NCBI RefSeq assembly: GCF_009914755.1
Contig: NC_060926.1
DNA: 64,000 nt
From: the human T2T-CHM13v2.0 reference genome, Homo sapiens
Direction: 5' to 3' (one strand)
The notes beneath the pieces were generated by a model. It was not told the DNA's origin and did not search any database. It was given only the letters and a program-made list of their open reading frames with translations. Of this stretch, positions 37,660 through 56,920 are shown piece by piece. How positions within the stretch are numbered: position 1 is the stretch's first letter; each line of letters starts with the position of its first letter. The position numbers and the translations under genes are program-made.

Positions 37660-39410
37660 ATTTTATTTTGGTAAGAACTTTTAACGTGAGATCTATCCTC
37701 TTAACACATGTTTAAGAAATGTGTAACGCATTATTGTTGGTTATAGGTACAATGTAGTATAGCAGATCTCCAGAGCTTATTCATCTTACTTAACTGAACT
37801 TTTTGCCTATTGATTAATACATCCCCATTTTCCCTTCCCTACAGCCCCTGGTAACTACCATTCTAGTCTTTTATCTAACAAATTTGACTATTTTAGATTA
37901 TCTCATCTAAGTGGGATCCTGCAATATTTTTCTTTCTGTGTCTGGCTTATTTCACTTAGCATAATGACAAAGTTCATCCGGTTGTCACACATTGCGGGAT
38001 TCTTCTCTTTTTTGAAGCTGAATAGTATCACATTGCTCATATATACCACATTTTCTTTATCCACTCATCTGTTGATGAACATTAAGGTGGTTTGGTTGTT
38101 GGCTGTTGTGACTAGTGCTGTAATGAACATAAGAGTGCTAATATGTCTTTGAGATTCTGATCTCATTTTTTTCAGATATATACCCAGAAATGGATTGCTG
38201 GATCATCTGGTAATTCTATTTCTAGATTTTTGAGAAACCTCCATACTGTTTTCCATAGTGGCTGCACCATTTTATTTATTTATTTAGAGATGAGTTCTTG
38301 CTATATTGCCCAGGCTAGCCTCGAACTCCTGGGCTCAAGGGATCCTACCACCTCAGCAGTGGCTACATCATTTTTCATTTTCATGAACAGTGTTCAAGGA
38401 TTCCAATTTCTCCACACCCTTGCCAACAGTTGTCTTTTTTTTTTTTTTAATAATGGCCATTCTGATAGGTGTGATGTGATACCTCATTGTGGTTTTGATT
38501 GGCATTTCCTTGATTATTTTGTGACCTAGACACTGGCCTCACCCCAGCTCAAATCTGGCCCCCATTACTCTACTCATGGTCTTACTCATGCACCCCAGCC
38601 CTCAGTGACAATGAGCATTTTTTCATATGCCTGTTGGTCATTTGTATATCTTCTTTGGAGAACTGTCTATTCAAGTTCTTAGCCTATTTTTAAATTGCAT
38701 AATTACTTTTTGTGTTATTGAGTTGTAGGGGTTCCTTATATATTTTGAAGATTAACCCCTTATCAGTAATATTGCTTGCAAATGTTATTTACCATTGCAT
38801 AGGTTGTCTTTTCATTCCAATGATTTTTTTTCTTTGCAGTGCAGAAGCTTTTTAGGCAGTGTAATCCCACTTGTTTATTTTTGGTTTTGTTACCTGTGCT
38901 TTTGGGGTATATTCATAAAATATTTTATATTCCTAATATAAATATGAATATAAATATTTTATGATTTTATGAATATATTATATGAATATATATAAATAAA
39001 ATCTTTGCTAACACCAATGTCATGAAGTTTTTCCCCATGTTTTCTTCTGGGAGTTTTATAGTTTCAGGTCTTAAATTTAAGTCTTTAAGTCATTTTGAGT
39101 TGATTTTTGTGTATGATATAAGGATCCAATTTCATTTTTTTGTCTGTGGATATCCAATTTTCCCCACACCATTTATTGAAGAGATTATCCTTTCCCCATT
39201 GTGTATTCTTGGCACCCTTATTGAAGATCAACTGACTGATATATGTGGATTTATTTCTGGGCTCTCTTTTTTGTGCCATTGAGTATATGTCTGTCTTCAT
39301 GCCAGTACCATACTGTTTTGATTACTGTAGCTTCATAACGTATTTTGAAATCAGGAAGCATGATGCCTTCAGCTTTGTTCTTCTTTCTCAGGATTGATAT
39401 GGCTATACAA
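37660..39410 (-). mobile_element. L1MA/L1MB fragment
   Basis: ORF2 remnant [30 protein letters not shown] plus old L1 3'UTR. Confidence 0.85.
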
Positions 39411-39499
39411 TGAGTGATATATTTTTAAAATTATTCTGTAACAAGTTTTCTGGATATCACTTATACTTTAATACCAGGTTTCCTCATATTGCTGTACTG

Positions 39500-41940
39500 T
39501 TTTTTAAAGACTGAAGTGAACTTCACACAACAAAATTAACAACTTTAAATTGAACAATTCAGTGACATTTAGCAAAATGTGCAACCACCAACTCTATCTA
39601 ATTCCAAAATATTTTCATCACTCCAAAAGGAAACCTCATACTCATTAAGCAGTTGCTTCCCATGTCCCCCTCCTCCCAGTGTTGTGGGATCCTTGGTGTG
39701 TGTGGCGTGGGGGGGTGTTGCTTTTCTGGCTGGAAACCTCTGTGGCCAGTGGCACCTTTGCCTGAGTTTTGCTTGGGCCTAATAAGCTCACTTGTCCTGG
39801 AAGGCTGCGTTCAGCAGGCTGTGCTCAGCTTGCATTACTGGCCTGGATCCCATGCCTCCAAAGAGACTGGAGTGGAGCAGCGAAAGGTGTGAGTGAGCAA
39901 GCATGGGGTTTGGCCACTATGCACAGTCAGGCAGGCTGGCTGCTGCAGTGGGACAGGCAGCTCCAGGTGCCGGCACAGGTGCCAGCTCACTGTGAGGCTG
40001 CAGCTGGACTAAGGGCACCACAAGCAGCTTTCATAGCTGGCACTGAGGAACACAGTGGTGCCTTGAAGCTTGGAGACTCCAGGAACTGCAGGGCCCCAAA
40101 AGGGGAGTCACAGCCCTGGCTTGGGGAGCTCCCAGGTCTGTCCCACCCCACTGAGGGCTGCAGTGCTTCTCTCCTTCTCTCTTCTTTCCTCCTTGCTCCC
40201 CACAACGTGGTGAGCAATGGGTGTGTTTTAGCCCTGTTTGTATTACAGCTCTTTTAGCCTCGCCATTCAGCGGATCCTGGGTTTTTGTCCTGTGTCCAGT
40301 AAGAATGAGGTATGCAGACAAGTGGAGGGTGAGCAAGGCAAAGAGGAGCTTTATTGAGAATAGAACAGCTCAGAGGAGACTCGCAGTGGGCAGCTCCTCT
40401 CCTGGGCAGCTCCTCTCCGTAGCCAGGGTGTCCTGTCCTCTCTTCAGTCTCAGCAGAAAGGATAGTTTCTCTCCGCAGCTGGTTGTTCCATTGCTTTCTG
40501 TTGTCTCCCTGTCATCTCTCCATCCTCTCTCCCTCCTGTCTCCATCTTCTGCTTGAGTCGCTCTGAGTCTGGGGGTTTTTATGGGCCTCAGAGGGGAGGA
40601 AATGCATGCTGATTGGTCCATGAGCAGCCATGGGCAGGCCCAGGGAAAAACACCACGAGATCCCCCTCTGGTCCATGGGGCTGGCTGACAGCCCCCAGGC
40701 TTCAGGTCCTCCCTGATCTGAAGGTGGGGCTTTACTGGGGACCAGCCCCTTTCCTCCCAGGAGCCTGCCTGCCTCCTGCCGCTATTCATGGAGCACAGGC
40801 TGTTCATGTCAAGGAGCACCTGCAGTCCGGTGCTGGGCTGTCCTCAGCTCCCCTTTGGCCTCCCTCCTGTGCTTGTCAGTGCCCAAAGTCCGGAGGGGGC
40901 TGAGGTGGCAGGGGGCTGGCGTGTCAGCACTGCCCTGAGCGTATGCACACCTGGCCAGGCTGTAATAGTGCCTAGCTTGGCCTGTACTCCACTCTGTGAT
41001 CAGGGTCAGTGCCCACAGTGGAGAGAGGCCAGGCAGTGGGAGTAGACACCTCTGAGCCTGTGGGGGAAAGGGAGGCCTTCCTGGGCCCCCCTGAGAGTGC
41101 ACAGATGCCTGGGTCCACAGTCACAACCTGGGTGGCCACAGCCATGCCTAGGAGTGTGAGACTCCTGCCTGCTCCTGCCTGCTCCATGGGGTGCAGCACC
41201 GCCCTGGGTCCAGGTCTGCCTTGGGGCCCCTCTCTGCCCGCCTCTCTGTGCCAGACTGTGCTGCTCCCCTGCTGGTAGGCAACTCAGCCTGGCCCCATCG
41301 CAGTGGCTCCCAGGGTGGCGGTCTCCTGGGGGGCCCCAGGGGCAGGCTCTGGGTACTGTCTGCCTCCTCCCCACACCCTCCCTGCAGCAGTGATGCAGGG
41401 CCAGGTTCTGGAGCAGTGGAGGGTCTGGGCCTGGGAACACGTCTGGCCTGGCCATGTGAGAGTGGAGGTGGTGTAGTTGGCTGCTTTGGGGATGTGGGAC
41501 ACAGGGGATGCGGGGCACAGGGGGTCCCACCACTGCCACTGCTGCTCCCGCTGCTACCACCTAAGCCCGACCCCTCTGCCACAGCCAGCGTGATGGCAGG
41601 GGCCACTCCAGATGGCCCGCCACTGCCATCAGCAGCAACCATCAATCTGTGTTCTAGATTTACTTATTCTAGATATTTCATATAAATGAAATCATAAAAT
41701 ATGTGACTTTTTGTGTCTGGCTTCTTTCATTTAGTGTAGTATTTTTGAAGTTCATCCACTTTGTAGCATGATTGGTACTTCACTCCTTTTTATGGCTACG
41801 TAATACTCTATTTTATGTATATGTCACAATTTGTTTATCCATTCATCTGTTGATGGACATTTGGGTTGTTTTCATTTTTTGGCTATGGGTGAATAGTGCT
41901 GCTATTAACATGCATGTACATGTATATGTGTATTTGAGCA
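39500..41940 (-). mobile_element. L1MB 3' end split by the MER52 LTR
   Basis: ...ccccctcctcccag / gcagcaaccatcaatctg continuity. Confidence 0.7.
39680..41631 (-). mobile_element. MER52-family ERV1 long solo LTR
   Basis: Minus start tgatggcagtggcgggccatctggagtggcc; TG...CA ends; near-TSD ccag/gcag; GC-rich. Confidence 0.85.
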
Positions 41941-42110
41941 CTTAGTATCTGTGGGAGATTGGTTCTAGAACCCCCACAGATACCAGATTCCATACTCCCT
42001 GCAGATACCAAATCTACATATGTTCAAGTCTTTTAAATAAAATGGCATAGTGTGGTTGGCCCTCTGTATCCAAGGGTTCTGTATATATGCATATAGAAGG
42101 CTGATTCAAC
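41941..42110. mobile_element. MER2-family (TcMar-Tigger) fragment
   Basis: gtatctgtgggagattggttctag...cagataccaaatc. Confidence 0.65.
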
Positions 42111-42341
42111 CTGTTTTCAATTCTTTTGGGGATGTTGTTTTAAATCATTAAGATAGAGAACACATGACTCTGACTCTGGCTACCCAAGGTCCTCAATGCT
42201 GTCACCGTTCTGAGTTTGCCATTCGTCACTGCTAATTGGATACATCTCCAACCTTGAATAGCCCAGTCTACTCTCATTTGGGAAATGGGAAGGGGAGGAG
42301 CCTTAGATGGCACTTTTACATCTGCATACATAGTTCCCAAG

Positions 42342-42645
<304 letters not shown>

Positions 42646-43211
42646 GTCCAAGATTAATTTTCTTGTTTAGTCAATTAACACATTTCTTTTGAGCATTTAT
42701 TCTATGAAAATCAGTGTCCTAGATCACTTGGAGGATATAAAGAGATCTAAGTCATGATCCTTATTTGCTGGTGCTTGCTGGCCAGTAATAAAAATAGTAT
42801 CTATATGCAAAGAACTCTAAAATAAGATACTTCACAAGCGTCCTCTGCCGAATGCAAAGGGAAAGGGCCTTTCTGGCTGGGGTGACAAAGCAGGTTTTAT
42901 TTAGGAGGTATCCACTGAAATGAACCTCAGCTATTAATAGGGGAGCTGTAGGGAGAAGGCATTTTTCATGGAATGGCAGTAGGAAATTCAATGTGTATGT
43001 GAGTTTGGCTGGAGCAAGGATAAACGTAGGATAGGAATGGGTGAGAAGATTGAGGTAAAAGATTGTAAAGGATTGGGAGTTTGTACATTATCCTGAACCA
43101 GAATAGAACCTGATGGGAGGTAATATGGTTTGGTTGTGTCCCCACCCCAATCTCAACTTGAATTGTATCTCCCAGAATTCCCATGTGTTGTGGGAGGGAC
43201 CCAAGGGAAGG

Positions 43212-43222
43212 TAATTTAATCA
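43212..43222 (+). promoter_or_regulatory. DUX4 consensus motif TAATTTAATCA in the THE1A 5' LTR
   Basis: Fits TAAYYYAATCA; the 3' LTR has TAATTGAATCA at 47127-47137. Confidence 0.55.
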
Positions 43223-43343
43223 TGAAGCCCGATCTTTCCCATGCTATTCTCATGACAGTGAATAAGTCTTATGAGATCTGATGGGCATATCAGGGGTTTC
43301 TGCTTTTGCTTCTCTTGCCACCACCATGTAAGAAGTGCCTTTC

Positions 43344-45330
<1,987 letters not shown>

Positions 45331-47800
45331 GAAGTGCCTTTCGCCTCCCGCCATGATTCTGAGGCTTCCCCAGTCATGTGGAACTGTAAGTCCAATTCAA
45401 CCTCTTTTTCTTCCCAGTCCCAGATATGTCTTTATCAGTAATGTGAAAGTGGAATAATACAGTAAATTAGTACCGGTAGAGTGGGGTGTTGCTGAAAAGA
45501 TACCTGAAAATGTGGAAGTGACTTTGGAACTGGGTAACAGGCAAAGGTTGGAACAGTTTTGAGGACTCAGAAAAAGACAGGAAAATGTTGGAAAGTTTGG
45601 AACTTCCTAGAGACTTGCTGAATGAATGTCTTTGCCCAAAATGCTGATAGCGATATGGACAATAAGGTCCAGGATGAGGTGTTCTCAGATGGAGATGAGG
45701 AACTTGTTGGGAGCTGGAGTAAAGGTGACTCTTGTTATGTTTTAGCAAAGAGACTGGCAGCATTTGCCCCGCCCTAGAGATTTGTGGAACTTTGAACTTG
45801 AGAAAGATGATTTAGGGTATCTGGCAGAAGCCATTTCTAAGCAGCAAAGCATTCAAGAGGTGAGTTGGGTACTGTTAAAGACATTCAGTTTTATAAGGGA
45901 AGCAGAGCATAAAAGTTTGGAAAATTTGCAGCCTGACTATGTGATAGAAAAGAAAAACCCATTTTCTGGGGAGAAATTCAAGCCTGTGGCAGAAATTTGC
46001 ACAAGTAGCAGGGAGCCTGATGTTAATCCCCAAGACCACGGGGAAAATGTCTCCAGGCTGAGACCTTCACGGCAGTCCCTCCCATCACAGGTCTGGAGGC
46101 CCAGGAGGTAAAAAAAAAATGGTTTCATAGGCCGGGCCCAGGGTCCCTGTGCTGTGTGCAGCCTATAGACTTGGTGCCCTGTGTCCCAGCTGCTCCAGCC
46201 ATGGCTGAAAGGGGCCAATGTAGAGCTCATGCTGTGGCTTCAGAGGGTGGAAGCCCCAAGCCTTGGCAGCTTCCATGTGGTGTTGAGTCTGTGGGTACAC
46301 AGAAGTCAAGAATTGAGGTTTGGGAACCTCCACCTAGATTTCAGAAGATGTATGGAAATGCCTGGCTGTCCAGGCAAAAGTTTGCTGCAGGGGTGAGGCC
46401 CTCATGGAGAACCTCTGCTAGGGCAGTGTGGAAGGGAAATGTGGGGTTGGAACCTCCACACAGAGTCCCTACTGGGGCACTGCCTATTGGAGCTGAAGAG
46501 GTCCACCATCCTCCAGAACCCAGAATGGTAGATCCACAGACAGCTTGCACCGTGCACCTGAAAAAGCTGCAGACACTCAATGCTAGCCCGTGAAAGCAGT
46601 TGGGAGAGAGGCTGTATCCTGCAATGCCACAGGGACAGAGGTGCCCAAGACCATGGGAACCCACCTCTTGCATCAGCGTGACCTGGATGTGAGACCTGGA
46701 GTCAAAGGAGATCATTTTGGAGCTTTAAAATTTGACTACCCCACTGGATTTCAGACTTGCATAGGCCCTGTAACACCTTTGTTTTGGCCAATTTCTATTT
46801 TGGAATGGCTGTATTTACCCAATACCTGTACCCCCATTGTATCTAGGAAGTAACTAGCTTGCTTTTGATTTTACAGGCTCATAGGCGCAAGGGACTTGCC
46901 TTGTCTCAGATGAGACTTTGGACTGTGGACTTTTGGGTTAATGCTGAAATGAATTAAGACTTTGGGAGACTGTTGGGAAGACATGATTGGTTTTAAAATG
47001 TGAGGATATGAGATTTAGAGGGGCCAGGGGTGGAATGATATGGTTTGGCTGTGTCCCCACCCAAATCTCAACTTGAATTGTATCTCCCAGAATTCCCATA
47101 TGTTGTGGGAGGGACCCAGGGGGAGGTAATTGAATCATGGGGGCCAGTCTTCCCCATGCTATTCTCATGATAGTGAATAAGTCTCATGAAATCTGCTGGG
47201 TATATCAGGGATTTCTGCTTTTGCTTCTTCCTCATTTTTGTCTTGCCGCTGCCATGCAAGAAGTGCGTTTCACCTCCCACCATGATTCTGAGGCCTCCTC
47301 AGTCATGTGGAACTGTAAGTCCTATTAAACCTCCTTTTCTTCCCAGTCTCGGGTATGTCTTTATCAGCAGCTTGAAAATGGACAAATACAGGAAGCAGTG
47401 TAGTAACTGGACATAAATATTTTACTTCATGTTATGACTTTATGGCTGTGATTATCTTTAGCAGTGTTGCATGGTTGTGGCTTAGAATAGTTACTCTTGC
47501 CAAATCCTTGAGAACCTTCAACTGTTTAGTCACTTATTTTTGGCTTCTCTGATACTTATTGACATTCTTTCTGAGGACTTGCCCAGCAGGTAAATTATAA
47601 GTTTGTGCCAGAGTGTGTTCTGTGGAATATTGCTTCTGCAAATAGGATTTCATGGTTGAATAATTTTGAAAATCACTGTATAGTGTATCTCACTCTTGGA
47701 GATTCACAATGCACATTTAGGACGTTACAGGCTTTGCAAAATCCTGTAGAAAAGAAACCAATTTAATTTGTTTAGTCCAGCATTTCCTAAACTTCCTTGC

Positions 47801-48250
47801 TGTAGTGGGTTGAATGGTGGTCCCCTCAGAACACCCATGTCAAATCCCTGGAACCTGTGGCTGTTACCTTATTTGGTAAAAGATTCTTTGCATATGTAAT
47901 TAAGTTAAGGATCTTGAGATCATCCTGTATTATTCAAGTGGGCTTTAAGTCCAGTGATAAGTGTTCATATAAGAGAAAGGCAGGGGTAGATTTGAGACAG
48001 AAGAGGAGAAGACAGACACAGAAGAGAGAGACAGTAAGGCAGAGGCTGAGGTTGGAATGGTGTGGCCACAAGCCAAGGAAGCCATAAAATATTAGCCACC
48101 AGAAGCTGGAAGGCCAGGCCCCTAGAAGGAAATGAGCCCTACTGATACCTTGATTTCAGACTTCTGGCCTCCAGAACTTTGAGGGAATACATTTCTGTTG
48201 TTTTAAACCATCCATTTTAAGGCAATTTGTTAGGCAGCCCTATACAATGG
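47801..48250 (+). mobile_element. MLT1C-like MaLR LTR
   Basis: tgtagtgggttgaatggtgg...gacttctggcctccagaac...gcagcccta. Confidence 0.8.
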
Positions 48251-48633
48251 ATACCCTTGCCCATAAAGATATTAAAAAAAAACAACAACAACTTTTCAAG
48301 GAAAAACTACTGTGTATGCTCAAATATGAGGCAAGGGTTTTTTTCTTCCAAATTATCTCTCAGAAAAGATGGAGTATCCTAATATTCAAGGGCTTCCGAG
48401 GTCTCATATTTCAGAGCATTTTCTGGATTACTTACTTTTAAATGACTAAGGTATTGTATGGAAAAAGCACAATACTGAAACCAATCAATACTAGTTTTAG
48501 TTGATGATAAAGGTTATCTGATGGAATTGGTTAAAAAAAAAGAGGGGGAAAAATACATTTAGCACAAAATTAGTAACTATTATTGGGAGTATGAGGCAGT
48601 TGCTGTGGACTACCTTACTCACCATGTATTCTA

Positions 48634-48825
<192 letters not shown>

Positions 48826-49804
48826 CTAAAAACAATCTTTTCTAGACCTTCTTGCAGTAAGAATTTTGGATGTACTTTAGGTTCTGACATTCAGATGCAC
48901 TTGCTTATATAAATCTTGGCTTTGGAAGGTGGCATTCATTTTTGTTTGTGATTGGTAGCAGATATGATATGCAGCAGCAGCAAGCTTGGCCGGCAGCTTC
49001 TTGATTGTAGCAGAGGTGGCATCATTTCACACGGGGCCGCCATAGCAGCAGAGCCAGATTTGGCTTGGGGCTTTTTGTTCTCTGGCCAATTATCTGATGT
49101 GACTTTGGAATTATTACTAGAAGCTCAGTCTAGAGTCTGTTTCTTGCCAAACTCTCCCCTACTACCTCCAGTTCGGTGATTCTGGAAGTTATATGACACC
49201 CTGTTACAAATCTCTTGCTCAAACTAGCCAGGAGCTAGACCCTTATTCTCTGTAGCTAGACCCTTACTGATTGATGCAGGGCCTGACCTCCCCATGTGAC
49301 TATTGACTGGGTGCTGGTGTAAATCAGCAATGACAAAAAAGCAATACAGTTAGTGAATATGTTGAAGAGATCACAAATCTATACCTATAGGATACATTTT
49401 TTAAAACTCTGAATTTATCAAATTATGGCTTAGTATTAAATGTCCGGTGGTAGCTCACACATGGGTTCAAAAAATATTGTTTGTAAATAAAAATGACTGT
49501 GTTAGATGCCCTAAGATACGTCTCTTCTTCTGACTAAGATATTGAAAAACTCAGGTAAGAGTTTAAATAAAATTGCTTCATAACATGTCAGAGTAGAAAA
49601 AAAGCATTATTTCAAAATCAATGTGTTATTTCACATGTGTGATTTAAGCTTTTATGTGTAACCAAATGAATAAATCCAATCCTATACACTGACATTTAAC
49701 TCATATATATCCTAAACATTTATGTTTTCAAGTTGGCTAAAAGAATTCCTAAAACCGCAACTTTTTTTTTTGAGGAACTTTTCTCTTGCAACACGTGGGC
49801 TCAC

Positions 49805-49853
49805 CATATGTTCAGGGTGCCCTGATGTTCAAGTTATATGGTATTAATATGGC
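49805..49853 (-). pseudogene. Putative exon B (49 nt)
   Basis: Acceptor ccctctgcacttcagtttcag| and strong donor ATG|gtgagc; reads AILIPYNLNIRAP*TY or HINTI*LEHQGTLNI depending on flanking splice choice. Confidence 0.45.
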
Positions 49854-49919
49854 CTGAAACTGAAGTGCAGAGGGCATCCATTGAAAAATGCTGGTCTACT
49901 GGATCAAGGTTCACCATAA

Positions 49920-50258
<339 letters not shown>

Positions 50259-50631
50259 TGACAAATAAAATTGGCGAGTGAGTGTTGCTGTTGTGACTTT
50301 GCTGCTTTTTTCTTTCCTGTTCTTAACTGCTGCAGGGTTTCTTTCTGTCTTGGTGCCTATTCCTAAGACAGATGAGGAAGATAGGATCTCTGCTTCATGG
50401 AGCTTGTAGGTTCTGCTAAAGGGAATGACATGCAGATTCAATTCACAGGGAACGTGGTAAGAGCTGAGAGACTGTTACAATGGCCGCGAAAGCCAGCGAG
50501 CCAGGGGACATTTCCACTTAGCCAGAGGCCAACGTCACAAAGCAGGTGGCATTTTGGTCGAGCCTGCTTATAAGCCTAGTGTCTATAGATTTTATTAAAT
50601 CATTAGAGTCATTCTTCAGGTAGAAACGGAC

Positions 50632-51100
50632 CTTCCTTGACTTCATAAATTACAAGATGTCTGGAATTCTGAATTTTATCCCTCCAAGTCCCTCCACCGG
50701 AACTTTCCAGCACTTCGATTTTCTTCTACAGCGTGAGGGAAGGGTCAGGTTTAGACATTGTCTTGGCAAACAGATCAGCCCTCTCCATTTAGGAAGGAGG
50801 AGGGAAGCTGCTCCCGCGGCCACATTTCCTGGAAGGCTGCAGGTGAGGGCTCGGGCGGTGGCGGGCCGTGGTCCGGCGCAGTTTCCCCGCGGCCCGCTGG
50901 GTCGCACTGTGGCCTTAGGAATGTGGGCCGGGGCGGGGCGGCTTGGGAGCGCGCTGCAGCCAACGCCGCGTTCAGCCCCGGGCGCAACTGCAGCCGTGCC
51001 GGGGGCCTCCGGGGCCCCGACCGACCGACAGCTCTTTCAGACCGCAGCGAAGTTTGCACACACGACAGCACGTCCCGGGGCTAGGATCTTGCCCGCCTGC
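50632..51100 (-). pseudogene. Putative first exon A: ...GTCCRVCKLRCG...PAAFQEMWPREQLPSSFL-MERADLFAKTMSKPDPSLTL*KKIEVLESSGGGTWRDKIQNSRHLVIYEVKE
   Basis: Protein-like frames linked by frameshifts; TAG at 50728-50726; candidate donor AAG|gtccgt at 50631 (alternative CTT|gtaatt); 5' limit unknown. Confidence 0.45.
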
Positions 51101-51290
51101 GGGGCTGACCTGCACCACCCTTGGGGAAGCGCGAACTGCCGCCCCGCTGCCGGGAGTTAGGCGCCCGGGCCTGGGTCGCCCCCACAGACGGCTCGGACGG
51201 CACGAACGAGCGGACCCCAAGGATAGTGGGCTGGGGAGGGGTCCAGTCGTGGTCACGGAAACGGGTGGTCCTCGCGCCGGGCTGCACTCA
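50810..51290. promoter_or_regulatory. CpG island / candidate promoter
   Basis: Non-repeat GC-rich stretch dense in CpG; GC box GGGGCGGGGC at 50930-50939. Confidence 0.85.
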
Positions 51291-52391
51291 TTCTGACTAG
51301 CAATATGCTGGTGGAAAGTGCTACTCCAATGCCTTTATCGTTGCGTTGCTATCATTTTCTTTATATCTACATAAATTTTTTTATTTTATTAAAAAAATAT
51401 TTTTTTGGCCTTGCTTCCTCCTCCAGCGTTTGACTTTCCATTGTTGCTCAGTGCTTGGGTGGGATGTGGACTCTCTTTCCTTGTGACAGCAGAGCTCAGA
51501 GTACCATGAATCTCCCTCCCCTCTACCTTGCTTTAAATGGCTATTTCTTTCTTTTTTTTTTTTAGTTAACTAAAAATGGAAAAAATAGTAAGTGCACATG
51601 GTAGAAAATTCAAACAGTACAGAAGCCTCTTCCCCTTTCAGAGCAGGCAGCCACTGCTAATATTTTCTTTTGATTCCTTCCAGAACACAAGTATATGGCT
51701 ATCTCCTTTCAAATGCGTCCCCATCCCCAAACTGGGTCATCTGCCCTGCCGCCTCAGCTCCCCCTTTATCATGTATCTTGGAGATGACCTCACATCAGCA
51801 TGTGTGGGTGTACGGCATTCTTTTAGATGGCTGCCTGGTGTTCTGTATGTTATACCAGCACCCCGTAATTATTCTATCGGCCACGATGGAAGGATATGGC
51901 GGTTGTTTCCAGTCTTTTGCTATGACAAACAATTCTGCAGTGAACATCTGTGTGTATATCTTTGAGTACGTGTGCAACCATGTCTATAGAATACATTCCT
52001 AGAAGTGGAATTGTCTCCTTGAAAAATATTTGCATTTAAAATTTTATAGATTTTGCCAATTGACCACCAAAGGTGGTACCTATTGATACGCTCATCAGTG
52101 ACTGCTCCCCATTTCCCTCGTTGTTCACACTAGGTTTATCGCACTTTTAAAATATTTGCCAAGGTGAGCAAATAGGCTTTAAAAGTAGAATTTCATTCTA
52201 GTTTTCATCTTTTAAATTGTGAGTACAATTTATTCTTTTCCACATGAAAAAAGAGCTACTTGAATTCTATGAGCAGATGGTTCACATCGTTTTCCTATTT
52301 CTATTGGATTATTGGATTGCAAATGATTTTTATCCTTCTTGCACATGACCAGTTAATCTCTGGTTATAATATGCCAGGACCCCATTTCTGA

Positions 52392-53646
<1,255 letters not shown>

Positions 53647-53999
53647 TAATTGCACATTTTTTCTTTACTGCCAACTTTTAAGGTGAATTGGCCATTACTA
53701 GCTGTGATTGTAGAATTTCTGAATAGGGACACACTTCTTAGAAAGCTGGCTGTGCCACATACCCAGCTGCAGAGGAAATCTCAACTCCACATACAGAGTT
53801 CTTCCCTTTCTAGTTCTACCATTTGCACTGAAAAAATTCCTTTAAGAATTTCGTTTCTTGTCTACCATTCTGCTACAAGGAGTTTAATTTTACACTGAGT
53901 TTTTGCCTTAGATACTCATCAGACTTTTATTCTATTTGTCATTGAGAAAACAGAACTTTTTGTTAACTCGATGTTTTTCTTTTTAACTCTTTAAAATTT

Positions 54000-55600
<1,601 letters not shown>

Positions 55601-55779
55601 GTGAATTCCCTTTATGAGGCCTTTCACTTACAGTATAAAATAATGCTTCAGACAAACATTATGAGAGCTTTAGAGTCATTTATCTAATTGTCTAGAAGAT
55701 AAGTATAGTTAAAAACACTTGGATTCTAGACGTTATATAGAATAGACACACAGTTGTAAGAATCTTTTTTTTTCTATAG

Positions 55780-55917
<138 letters not shown>

Positions 55918-56379
55918 TAATTTTCGTGTTTTTTTTGGACAAGAACTCAGCAAGGTTAGTTTGATAAAGCTCAGCTGGTTGGAAATTTGAGGAATTTGAA
56001 GTTGATTTGTTTTGATTGTTGTTCTCTCTTGGACTGACATCATCAGCACAAGTTCATCTCCCTTTTACTTCCCCTAGCAGATTTTGCAGATAACTCTTGA
56101 CTTTACTTTGACATAGAATAAAGCATTTCTTTTTTAGAAGAAAAGGTTTAGGAAATTATTTTTATTCTGGACTTGGCTTCGGATGAATTGTATGACCTTG
56201 GGGGAAATTCCATATAACAAATTCCTTGTGCCTCCTTTTCCTGAAGAACAAATAGGATATCCTACTTTAAACTAATATTTGGAATATTAAAATATAAACT
56301 TTAATTTTGGATCTTAAATGAGGCTGATATTCACAATCATGGAATGGGTTTTTAAGCCTCCAGTGAGAAAATGGTGATA

Positions 56380-56920
56380 CTAATTAGCTAGGACCCTTTA
56401 GGTTGCAAGGGAAAGAAAACCAGCAAAATCCAGTTTAAGCCACAAAGGGGAATTTATTGACTCATACAAATGAGAAATCCAAGTGGGTGATTATGGCTTC
56501 AAACATGGCTGAGTCAGGAATTCAGGTGATGTTATCAGCTCTATCCCTCGCCCTCCATTTTTCAACTCTGTTTACCTCTGCCTGGCTTTATTCAAGCCTT
56601 CATGATCTGTATAGCTCAACATCCTAGAGGAAGAGAGGCAACATTTCCCTTTTAGTGCCCATGTGTCAGATCTTAGGGAAGATTTGGATTGGTCCAGCTT
56701 AGGACACTTGCCTATTCCTCAATGAATAACCGTGGCTTGGAGAACGGGGTGCTCTAGTGGGCCAGCCAGTGTGTGGGCCCATCTCTTTGACAGAGGCAGA
56801 TTTGGGGTACCATGATAGACAACCCCTCCAGGATCCTATGGAGTCAGATGAGGGTACTTCTGTTGTTTCTAGACAAAGAGGGAAGGGATGCTGACCAGGC
56901 CAGACCAATAAAGGTCCACT
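56380..56920. mobile_element. Old MaLR LTR (MLT1J/K-like)
   Basis: ggttgcaagggaaagaaaacc...aaaggggaatttattgactcat pattern. Confidence 0.5.

Noticed and set aside
38925-39002. AT-rich patch inside L1
   Set aside because: Low-complexity slippage product with no further structure
39769-41685. Overlapping 150-184 aa ORFs on both strands
   Set aside because: They lie in the GC-rich MER52 LTR; stop scarcity is compositional
45467-46853. ORFs of 87-145 aa
   Set aside because: Fragments of the THE1A internal region
50657-51160. 167-aa plus-strand ORF in the CpG island
   Set aside because: Ala/Gly/Pro/Arg-rich shadow ORF typical of GC-rich DNA; no recognisable domain
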